NCBI GenBank assembly: GCA_046757025.1
Contig: JBHHXN010000114.1
Coordinates: forward strand, 1 to 17,266
Length of the DNA stretch: 17,266 bases
Source: a bacterium
Lineage (GTDB): Bacteria > Zhuqueibacterota > Zhuqueibacteria > Oceanimicrobiales > Oceanimicrobiaceae
Direction: 5' to 3'
This document shows positions 7,806 to 15,299 of the stretch, piece after piece (the first letter of the stretch is position 1; every line of letters starts with the position of its first letter). A program made the position numbers and the translations under genes. The notes under the pieces are model-generated. The model was not told where the DNA came from and searched no databases. It saw nothing but the letters and a program-made list of their open reading frames with translations.

Positions 7806-8906
7806 ATGATGAATGAGATGAAATTCTTACAACAAAATTTTAAATTACACATCCTCTCGTTTTTTATTATCGCCATCGGCTGCGGCAACAAGATCGATCT
7901 GCCCACGCCTCCGAACCAACCCTCCACCACACAAGAACAGTTTCTGCCGTTTAACTGGGGCGCGGAGGCGCTGCAAATCGATCTCAATGCACCGGAAGAT
8001 ATTTTCACCGGCCTGGACCGCTTGCTGTATGTGGCCGACACCGGCAACGACCGCGTGATCATGCTGGACAAATCCGGGCGCGTGCAGGGGATTTCGCAGC
8101 CGCTGGAAAGTCCGCTGGCCATCGGACAGGACAGCCACTTGAACTTGCTCATCGTCAACGGTAGCCGTTACGTCTTCCGCATCGACCTGGTGGCGCAGAA
8201 TCACTTGATCAGCCAGGCGCCCATTGACACCGTGGCCACCGGCGCCAGCTCGGCCTCGTTTACCGCGGTGGCAGCTTTCGGCGCCAAAGGCGAGTTCTAC
8301 GTCACGGACAGCAGCTCCAACCGCATCTTCAAATTCGATCATAACGACGGCACGCTCAAGCCCACCATCTTTCCGGGCACCGGCGTGGGCACCGCCAACG
8401 TGCCCACGGGCATCACCTCTTTCCTGATTCCCACGGGCAATCTGAGTACCATCATCAACGAAGAGGGCTTTGTCTTCACCCAGATCGGCGAAGTCTTCAA
8501 GCTGCAATGGCTGCGCGGCGGCAACGTCTTACCGCCGTTCACACCGGTCATTTCCCCTTCAGACAACGTCGATTTTTTCAACCACTTTAAAGACGACTCC
8601 CGCGATGGCATCCTCGACTACCTGCCCGAGGACGTGGCCGTGGATAATTCACAGCGCATTTACGTCATCGACTCCAAAGCGGACAGCGTGTTTGTTTTCA
8701 ACCGCAACGGGGAATTTTTACGGGACCGCAACGAAATTTCCATTTTGTCTTTTGGCGGCACTGGCGACGGCGATCGGCAATTCCGCAATCCCAGGGGCAT
8801 AGCTTACCTCGATGTAGATGATGATCAGGTGCTGTACGTGGCGGATACCGGCAACAACCGCATCGTGCGCTTTAAGCTCTCCAGCGACTTCGACGAGGGA
8901 TTTTAA
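7806..8906 (+). CDS. NHL-repeat (6-bladed beta-propeller) lipoprotein
   Basis: Lipobox IAIG-C. NHL-type repeats include LNAPEDI...LLYVADTGNDRVIML, PEDVAVDNSQRIYVIDS and QFRNPRGIA...LYVADTGNNRIVRF. The start may be ATG 7818. Confidence 0.85.
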   Translation: MMNEMKFLQQNFKLHILSFFIIAIGCGNKIDLPTPPNQPSTTQEQFLPFNWGAEALQIDLNAPEDIFTGLDRLLYVADTGNDRVIMLDKSGRVQGISQPLESPLAIGQDSHLNLLIVNGSRYVFRIDLVAQNHLISQAPIDTVATGASSASFTAVAAFGAKGEFYVTDSSSNRIFKFDHNDGTLKPTIFPGTGVGTANVPTGITSFLIPTGNLSTIINEEGFVFTQIGEVFKLQWLRGGNVLPPFTPVISPSDNVDFFNHFKDDSRDGILDYLPEDVAVDNSQRIYVIDSKADSVFVFNRNGEFLRDRNEISILSFGGTGDGDRQFRNPRGIAYLDVDDDQVLYVADTGNNRIVRFKLSSDFDEGF

Positions 8907-8910
8907 GCGC

Positions 8911-10170
8911 ATGAAAAAAACTGTTGCCCGCATAGCACTGCTACTGTGGTTCATCACTGGTGCGGCTCACGCGCAAACAGACACTCTGCGTATCGCCACT
9001 TACAATCTGCTCAATTTCGATGAATTCACCGACACGCGTCTGCCCTACTTTCGCACCGTGGTGCACAGCATGAATCCGGATCTTTTGATCGTTCAGGAGC
9101 TGGTTTCTGAGGCGGCTCAGAATCGATTTTTGGAGGAAGTGCTCAACTCAGCAACCCCGGGCTTGTATTTAAAATCGCCGTTTATCCAGGGGTCGGACAC
9201 CAACAACAGTTTGTTTTACAAAAACGAAAATATCGCTCTGATTTCGACTCGCCGCGTCCGCACCACCCTGCGCGACATTTCGCAATACACGCTGCAGGTT
9301 TCCGGCGTGGAATTCAAGCTCTATTCTCTGCATTTAAAAGCGGGTTTCAACGACGGTGATCAAAACCAGCGCCGGTTTGAAACCACCATTTTGCGAAATC
9401 ACTTAAATGAACTGCCCGCCGGCAGTCATTTCATCGTCGGCGGTGATTTTAACATTTCTGGCTCCTCGGAATCGGCATTTCTTCGATTGACCGAAAGTCA
9501 GGCAGACAACGATGGCCGCCTGTTCGATCCTCTGAATGCCATCGGCACCTGGAACAACAATCCTTTGTTCGCCCGCATTCACACCCAGTCCACCCGCGAT
9601 ACCGTGCTCAGCGACGACGGCTCTGCAGGCGGGCTGGACGATCGTTTTGACATGCTGCTCATCTCGAACAGCATCCGGCAAAAAATAGGCATGTTCCTCC
9701 TGCCAGACTCCTATACCGCTTTTGGCAACGATGGCCGGCATTTTAATCTCGCCATAAACGATAGATTCAACCTGGCCGTAGCAGACAGCGTCGCCGACGC
9801 CCTGTTCTGGGCTTCGGATCATCTGCCGGTTTATGCGGATTTTGTCATCGACCTGGTCAATTCTGTGGAGCCAATCTCCCAAAATCCGCTCGCTGAATTT
9901 ATGCTCAGCCAAAATTATCCCAACCCATTTAATGCGCAAACCCAGATCAGCTATTCTGTCTCCAAAGCAGCAAAAATTTCCTTGAAAATATTCAATGTCA
10001 CCGGCCAGGAAATTCGCACTTTATTATATGGAAATTCTCCGGCCGGCACATTTCGAATTATCTGGGACGGCCAAAACGACCGCGGCCGGGACGTGGCTTC
10101 AGGATTGTATTTCTACAAATTTGAAACGAAGGGGGTTTCTGCGGTGCGGAAGTTAATTCTTTTGCGATAG
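8911..10170 (+). CDS. Secreted endonuclease/exonuclease/phosphatase (DNase I-like EEP) with C-terminal FlgD-Ig / T9SS sorting domain
   Basis: The likely start is ATG 8911 (MKKTVARIALLLWFITGAAHA signal peptide), 4 nt after the NHL stop. EEP motifs are RIATYN, DLLIVQE, HLKAG, IVGGDFN, DDRFD and ASDHLPV. The CTD reads LSQNYPNPFN...IFNVTGQEIRTL...WDG...SGLYFYK...RKLILLR. Confidence 0.9.
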   Translation: MKKTVARIALLLWFITGAAHAQTDTLRIATYNLLNFDEFTDTRLPYFRTVVHSMNPDLLIVQELVSEAAQNRFLEEVLNSATPGLYLKSPFIQGSDTNNSLFYKNENIALISTRRVRTTLRDISQYTLQVSGVEFKLYSLHLKAGFNDGDQNQRRFETTILRNHLNELPAGSHFIVGGDFNISGSSESAFLRLTESQADNDGRLFDPLNAIGTWNNNPLFARIHTQSTRDTVLSDDGSAGGLDDRFDMLLISNSIRQKIGMFLLPDSYTAFGNDGRHFNLAINDRFNLAVADSVADALFWASDHLPVYADFVIDLVNSVEPISQNPLAEFMLSQNYPNPFNAQTQISYSVSKAAKISLKIFNVTGQEIRTLLYGNSPAGTFRIIWDGQNDRGRDVASGLYFYKFETKGVSAVRKLILLR

Positions 10171-10234
10171 TGTCAAAAGCCAAAACAGCAAGAGATTCAT
10201 TTTTGCAAATCATTATAGTAATCTCCGCATTTCA

Positions 10235-10433
10235 GGATGAAGATCGGTAACTGCGATTAGCTCGTGTAAACCCTACAACCATTTCTGAAATGGAACTCTT
10301 GGCTTCCCGAAGGCCTCCTGGCCGAGGGTGAATTCCTGCTTGGCTCGGCAGGGCTTGTCCTGAGCATGGTCGAAGGGCCTGTCCTGAGTTTTGTCGAGGG
10401 AACACCTTCGCGAAGAGGATTCGAAAACATGCC
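10235..10433. ncRNA. Candidate structured non-coding RNA (unassigned family)
   Basis: By-eye nested complementarity: AGGATG/CATGCCT, GATC/GATT, TGCGA/TCGCG, GTGT/ACAC, CCCT/AGGG, plus hairpins CCATTTC-T-GAAATGG and CTCTTGGC...GCCGAGGG. It is a GC-richer island in an AT-rich spacer. I could not match it to a riboswitch or RNA family. Confidence 0.3.
10354..10400 (+). repeat. Tandem pair of the 24-nt mini-element
   Basis: AGGG|CTTGTCCTGAGCATGGTCGAAGGG|CCTGTCCTGAGTTTTGTCGAGGG. Homologous to 7457-7480. Confidence 0.8.
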
Positions 10434-10488
10434 TTTCTCGAGTATTCGTTCAAATACGATTTAACTTATACGAATAGCGCATTTTTTC

Positions 10489-10517
10489 TTGACAATTTAG
10501 AAATTAAATGATATTTT
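10489..10517 (+). promoter_or_regulatory. Sigma70-type promoter for the aldehyde dehydrogenase
   Basis: TTGACA (10489-10494), a 17-nt spacer, and TATTTT (10512-10517) preceded by an extended -10 TG (10509-10510). RBS GAGG at 10541 lies ahead of GTG 10552. Confidence 0.65.
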
Positions 10518-10551
10518 TAATTCCAAAATAGACACAAGTTGAGGCAATACG

Positions 10552-12159
10552 GTGACTTTAGACAAAGATTTACAAGCGGTGCAGGAAGTTCGAAATCTCT
10601 GCACAAAAGCGAAAGCAGCGCAACATCTTTTCAAAGAATTTTCGCAGGAGGAAGTCGATAAAATTGTGGCGGCCATGGCGCACGCAGGATTCCATGCTGC
10701 GGAGCGCCTGGCCCGAACCGCGGTTTCCGAAACCGGCATGGGCAATATACCAGACAAAATCCTGAAAAATCAATTCGGCACCCGCAACATTTATGAATCC
10801 ATACGTTCACTGCGCACCGTCGGTATCATCCGCGATGACCGCAAAAATAAAATATTAGAGGTAGCAGAACCCATGGGCGTGGTGGCTGCGATTATTCCGA
10901 CCACCAATCCCACCTCCACGGTCATGTTTAAAATTCTCATCTCGGTCAAGGCGCGCAACGGCATCGTCATCTCGCCGCATCCGCGGGCGTCGCAGTGCAC
11001 CAACGAAGCGACTCAGGTGCTGAAGGAAGCCGCCATTCGGACCGGGGCGCCGGCAGACCTGATCGGGATCATCGCCAATTCCTCGCTGCAAACCACCCAC
11101 GAGCTCATGCACCATGCCGACATCGATGTCATTTTAGCCACGGGCGGCTCGGGCCTGGTTAAAGCCGCCTACAGCTCTGGAAAGCCGGCTTACGGCGTCG
11201 GTCCAGGCAACGTGCCGGTCTATTTGGACCGCAGCGCGGATTACAAAAAAGCCATCGCGGATGTGGTGACCGGCAAAAGTTTCGACTACGGCACCATCTG
11301 CTCTTCCGAACAAGCTTTAATTGTAGATGCGCCCCTGAAAAACCGCGCGGTTGAACAATTGAAAATAAATGGCGCCTATTTCATGAGCCCGGAAGAAATC
11401 CAGATGGTAGAAAAAGTGCTGGTGACTTCGAAATTTATCGTCAACCCAGAATTGGTGGGAAAATCCCCGCAGGTAATCGCTCAAAAAGCCGGCTTCGAAA
11501 TTCCGGATACGGTAAAAATTCTGGTGGGCGAGCTGCAAGGCGTGGGTAGAGCCTTTCCGCTCTCGGCCGAAAAACTGTCGCCAGTGTTAGCGTTTTATGT
11601 GGCAAACGGTTGGGAGGAAGGCATTCGCCTGAGTCTGGATATTTTGAATTTTGGCGGTAAGGGGCACACCGCCGCTGTGCACGCCAAAAACGAACAAGTC
11701 ATCAAGCAGTTTGGATTGAGCGTTCCGGCTTACCGTATCGTGGTCAATTCGCCGGCGGTCATGGGCTCGGTGGGTTACACCAATGAGCTCACGCCGTCGT
11801 TGACTCTGGGCTGCGGAACTTACGGCGGCAACATCATCGGCGATAACATTTCCGCGCACCACTTGATGAACATCAAGCGAGTCGCGTATGAAACCAAGCC
11901 GTTCGCCTCTCAAACCATGGACACCAACTGGCGCCCCAGCGTGTATCACGACTGGCAACACCGGCAGGCGCCATACACCAAAGCGCTGTCATCGGACGTG
12001 TCGCGCAAGGGAGCGAACGTTTCAGCGGCCGCTTCTGCCGGTTTTAATCCATCTGCTGCAAACAAACCCTCTTCTAAAAAAATGACCTATGGCTCCACCG
12101 GCATGACCGAAGCGGAAGTGGAACAGGTGGTGGAAGAGTTTATCAAAAACCGAAGTTAA
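10552..12159 (+). CDS. CoA-acylating aldehyde (acetaldehyde) dehydrogenase, EutE/PduP/AdhE-N family, with C-terminal encapsulation-peptide-like helix
   Basis: Motifs PMGVVAAIIPTTNPTST, ATGGSGLVKAAYSSGKPAYGVGPGN, catalytic FDYGTICSSEQ, EKLSPVL, GHTA and PSLTLGCGTYGGN. An Ala/Ser-rich linker leads to the amphipathic helix MTEAEVEQVVEEFIKNRS. Confidence 0.92.
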   Translation: MTLDKDLQAVQEVRNLCTKAKAAQHLFKEFSQEEVDKIVAAMAHAGFHAAERLARTAVSETGMGNIPDKILKNQFGTRNIYESIRSLRTVGIIRDDRKNKILEVAEPMGVVAAIIPTTNPTSTVMFKILISVKARNGIVISPHPRASQCTNEATQVLKEAAIRTGAPADLIGIIANSSLQTTHELMHHADIDVILATGGSGLVKAAYSSGKPAYGVGPGNVPVYLDRSADYKKAIADVVTGKSFDYGTICSSEQALIVDAPLKNRAVEQLKINGAYFMSPEEIQMVEKVLVTSKFIVNPELVGKSPQVIAQKAGFEIPDTVKILVGELQGVGRAFPLSAEKLSPVLAFYVANGWEEGIRLSLDILNFGGKGHTAAVHAKNEQVIKQFGLSVPAYRIVVNSPAVMGSVGYTNELTPSLTLGCGTYGGNIIGDNISAHHLMNIKRVAYETKPFASQTMDTNWRPSVYHDWQHRQAPYTKALSSDVSRKGANVSAAASAGFNPSAANKPSSKKMTYGSTGMTEAEVEQVVEEFIKNRS

Positions 12160-12193
12160 GCCTACTTAAAAAGTAAAAAGTAACTATTCACGT

Positions 12194-12217
12194 GTCACTC
12201 CTGCGAATGCAGGAGTC
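12194..12217. repeat. Short REP-like palindrome (GTCAYTCCYGCGAANGCRGGARTC type)
   Basis: GTCACTCCTGCGAATGCAGGAGTC forms the stem ACTCCTGC/GCAGGAGT around a 4-nt loop, 35 nt after the aldehyde dehydrogenase stop. Confidence 0.6.
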
Positions 12218-12418
12218 TGCCGATTCAAAGGGAATAATGAGAAAGAATTCTTATCGTTCAATCAATTAAAGCCATGTTAACTGCCTCCATGCGAGGGTAT
12301 TGCATTCAATGGGTCGGTGTCGTGCTTATCCTTTTTGGTTGCATTTTGTAGCTATTCTGGCTATTTTGTAAAGCATTAGGGTGAGGATTCGTTGAATGAG
12401 ATTAGAAAAAAACCACAA

Positions 12419-12682
<264 letters not shown>

Positions 12683-12705
<23 letters not shown>

Positions 12706-12940
12706 CAGTGAACAAGAGATGAGAGACGAGTATGATTTCTCGAAAGGCGTTCGAGGAAAGCACTACAAAGCATATCGCGAGGGACATACCGTACACATTC
12801 ACAAAAGCGACGGCACGACCACCGTCCAATATTTCACGCAGGAAGATGGTGCGGTGATGTTGGACCCAGATATTAAGGTGCATTTTCCGGACTCTGAATC
12901 CGTGAACCGGGCACTGCGATCACTTATTGCTCAGAGTTAA
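12683..12940 (+). CDS. BrnA-like antitoxin (85 aa), intact
   Basis: ATG 12683 overlaps the toxin 3' end. EMRDEYDFSKGVRGKHY...VMLDPDI...FPDSESVNRALRSLI is typical of antitoxins found downstream of brnT. The TTG 12575 start in the ORF track runs through the toxin pseudogene and is unlikely. Confidence 0.8.
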
Positions 12941-13244
12941 ATACAGATATCAAATTTGATTTGCTCAGGCTCATCGCTTATTTCAAATTGCTTATGAGTC
13001 AGTAATGAGAGCAACTTGGTTACATGGAGGTTCACGTATGAAGTGTCAGTATTATAAACCCTGAATTGCAATGGAGCCGTGATAAGATGTAGAAATCCTG
13101 CTCAACTCAAAATACAATTTGTGCAGGTATGTCGCAAATTTCCCAATGACTTCGTCAACACTCTTTTCCGGTCTTCGTCAATCAAGAGTTCAGGCCGCTA
13201 TCATTGCATCTTTATTCGACTGATGAAATTTAAAAGGGTTATTA

Positions 13245-14021
13245 TTGAATAATTTAGTGAATTCTCGAAAACTCATTCCCGTGGGCGTTTCCAACCGCCA
13301 CTTTCATATTTCCCAGAAAGATTTAGAAATACTTTTTGGCGCCGGTCACCGGCTCCGTAATTATCGCGACATTTCTCAAATAGGGCAGTTTGCCTGCCAC
13401 GAAACCCTGGATGCGGTAGGGCCGAAAGGTAAAATTTCGGGCATTCGCATCGTGGGGCCGGCACGCGCACAGACTCAGCTCGAAATTGCGCAATCCGACG
13501 CCTACCGGCTGGGCATTCAACCGCCCGTGCGTTATTCCGGCGATCTCGGCGGTTCGGCCGGGGTCAAGCTCATCGGCCCTGCCGGCGAATTAGATCTCAA
13601 AGAAGGCGTTATCATTCCGCAGCGGCACATTCACATGAGTCCCAGAGACGCCAGAGAATTTGGCGTTCGAGACCGGGAGCGAGTTTTTATCGCTCCAGCC
13701 GCCAGCGCTAATCTGCAGCCCGGCGACGAACCGCGCACCGCTATTTTCGGCAACGTACTCATCCGAGTGGACGACCGTTTTGTGCTCGACTGCCACCTCG
13801 ACATCGATGAAGCCAACGCGTCAGGGCTAAAGACCGGCGATCATGTTTATATTGTCAGAAAAGACTCCAAAGCGCAGCCGGTCAGCAATCGACGTTTGAT
13901 TACTGAAAACGACGTGCGGCTAGCTATCCGGCAGCACAAAAAAATTATCGTACCCGCGGGCGCGATTGTCACCCCCGCCGCCAGAGATTTAGCTAAAGCA
14001 CACGATGTGTTTGAAGAATAA
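13245..14021 (+). CDS. pduL: PduL-family phosphotransacylase (phosphate propanoyl/acetyltransferase) with extra C-terminal domain
   Basis: Motifs PVGVSNRHFH, LVGP-like IVGPARAQTQLEIAQSDA, GVIIPQRHIHMSP, FGNVLIRV and HLDIDEANA. There is a ~45-aa C-terminal extension LITENDV...IVPAGAIVTPAARDLA. The start is TTG 13245 after AAAGGG, or GTG 13257. Confidence 0.9.
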   Translation: MNNLVNSRKLIPVGVSNRHFHISQKDLEILFGAGHRLRNYRDISQIGQFACHETLDAVGPKGKISGIRIVGPARAQTQLEIAQSDAYRLGIQPPVRYSGDLGGSAGVKLIGPAGELDLKEGVIIPQRHIHMSPRDAREFGVRDRERVFIAPAASANLQPGDEPRTAIFGNVLIRVDDRFVLDCHLDIDEANASGLKTGDHVYIVRKDSKAQPVSNRRLITENDVRLAIRQHKKIIVPAGAIVTPAARDLAKAHDVFEE

Positions 14022-14820
14022 CCAAGACCTCGGTTTAAAACTCCAATCCCATTTTAAAACGCTTTTCAGCGGCTGCTTTGATGCAGAACGAGTTCAAGTC
14101 AACTACCAGCCAGAGCATAGAACGCTGCCGGCCCCATTAAATTCAAAAATCGAAACTTTCTGGCAAAATAAAATAGTGGCAACCTCAAAAAACTCTTACA
14201 TTTTTAATGGCGACCTTTGCCGATTCAATAACTGGCAAATTCAAAACAACACCTTATTGCTCGAGCTGGGATTTACCAATTACAAAGAACTTTTATTCTC
14301 CAATGAATTTACGGAATGGCTGGTCACACATCACGGTCAGCAAAGTCTGTCCCGCGCCCTGGGCGTCAGCGCAGTAGTGCTCAGCCGCGACCAGCAAATC
14401 GTGTTAATCGAAAGAAGCCACTCCGTCGGGGAAAGCCCCGGCAAACTGGATGTGGTGGGCGGACACATTCATCCTGAAGAACATGCGGTTTCCGGCACGC
14501 CGGGCCCCTTTTATGCCATGAAAGCCGAAATCGCGGAAGAGCTTGGTCTGATATTAACCGAGGATGAAAAATTGCTTTGTCTGGGCTTGATAGAAACCAA
14601 ACACACGCGCAAGCCCGAGTTGATCTTTCAAGTAAAAATCGGCCATTCTGCCGCAGAAATTCAGAGCCGGGCTTCGAAGCGCACCTCCTCAGAAATTGCC
14701 GGATTTGTAACGGTGGCCAACGATCGCACTGCGGTAAGTCAATTTTTACAACAAAATATCGATCAATTGAGCCCATCGGCGATTGGGAGTTTATATTTGT
14801 ATAATTTGTCTTTAAAATGA
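14005..14820 (+). CDS. Nudix hydrolase, NUDT22-like
   Basis: IFNG, LELGFTNYKELL, LGVSAVVLSRDQQIVLIERSHSVGESPGKLDVVGGHIHP and a divergent Nudix box ending EIAEELGL resemble the NUDT22 (UDP-sugar diphosphatase) subfamily. It overlaps the pduL stop by 17 nt. Confidence 0.75.
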   Translation: MCLKNNQDLGLKLQSHFKTLFSGCFDAERVQVNYQPEHRTLPAPLNSKIETFWQNKIVATSKNSYIFNGDLCRFNNWQIQNNTLLLELGFTNYKELLFSNEFTEWLVTHHGQQSLSRALGVSAVVLSRDQQIVLIERSHSVGESPGKLDVVGGHIHPEEHAVSGTPGPFYAMKAEIAEELGLILTEDEKLLCLGLIETKHTRKPELIFQVKIGHSAAEIQSRASKRTSSEIAGFVTVANDRTAVSQFLQQNIDQLSPSAIGSLYLYNLSLK

Positions 14821-15012
14821 TTCAATGTCAATTTGAGTGGGTAAGCATTTTTCATTTTTCTGACGGAATTTACCAGATTGACTGGAATTGAATCCAGCTT
14901 GTTCTGGAAAATCCAGTGAGACATGTTCGTAAGATATTTGAATTATACCCAAATCAAAGATATTCATCATTATTCATGCTGAAAGACCATCATTTTGAGA
15001 ATACTATTTTAA

Positions 15013-15158
15013 AACGCCGAGTTCGCAGAGAGCGCAAAGATAAGCTGTTTTTCCAATTGAGACAATACGATTTTAGCGGAAATCGCCTTCTATTTTCAAC
15101 ACGGTTGCTTGTTGCCATTATCGTTTGCCCCCTCAGCGTTCTCGGCGACCTCTGCGTT
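15013..15158. repeat. Inverted pair of 9-nt-periodic repeats (CGCAGAGNN family)
   Basis: AACGCCGAGTTCGCAGAGAGCGCAAAG (15013-15039) matches the reverse complement of 15132-15158 (AACGCAGAGGTCGCCGAGAACGCTGAG) at 21/27. Confidence 0.7.
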
Positions 15159-15299
15159 GAATAAATTATCAGAGGCAGATTTAATAATGATCATTTACAG
15201 TGAAGCATTCTTAGAATTTATTTGAAATGCTACTCCAGGAGAATCGTCGGAAAGTCGACTGAATAAATGAAATTGTTAACCAATAATCAGGAAAACGCC

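Noticed and set aside
7845..8507. Long antisense ORFs (220 aa here; also 9403-9939, 16251-16739 and others)
   Set aside because: They are shadow frames opposite well-supported genes, expected from codon bias.
8818..8910. N-terminal extension of the EEP ORF in the ORF track
   Set aside because: It overlaps the NHL gene; a clean signal peptide starts at ATG 8911.
10350..10400. CRISPR-like repeats
   Set aside because: There are only two abutting units with no spacers and no cas genes.
10235..10433. Assignment as cobalamin, FMN, c-di-AMP or T-box riboswitch, or SRP RNA
   Set aside because: Only fragments such as GGGTGAAT match. The remaining consensus blocks of each family could not be found by eye on either strand.
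10232..10453. 73-aa minus-strand ORF
   Set aside because: It has a TTG start, and the repeated SGQAL comes from the tandem mini-element. No protein family features are visible.
13026..13064. GGAGG followed by ATG (MKCQYYKP*)
   Set aside because: Only 8 codons. It may be a gene remnant, but no continuation could be recognised.
14916..15164. 82-aa ORF
   Set aside because: It spans the CGCAGAG inverted repeats in an AT-rich spacer and has no recognisable motifs.
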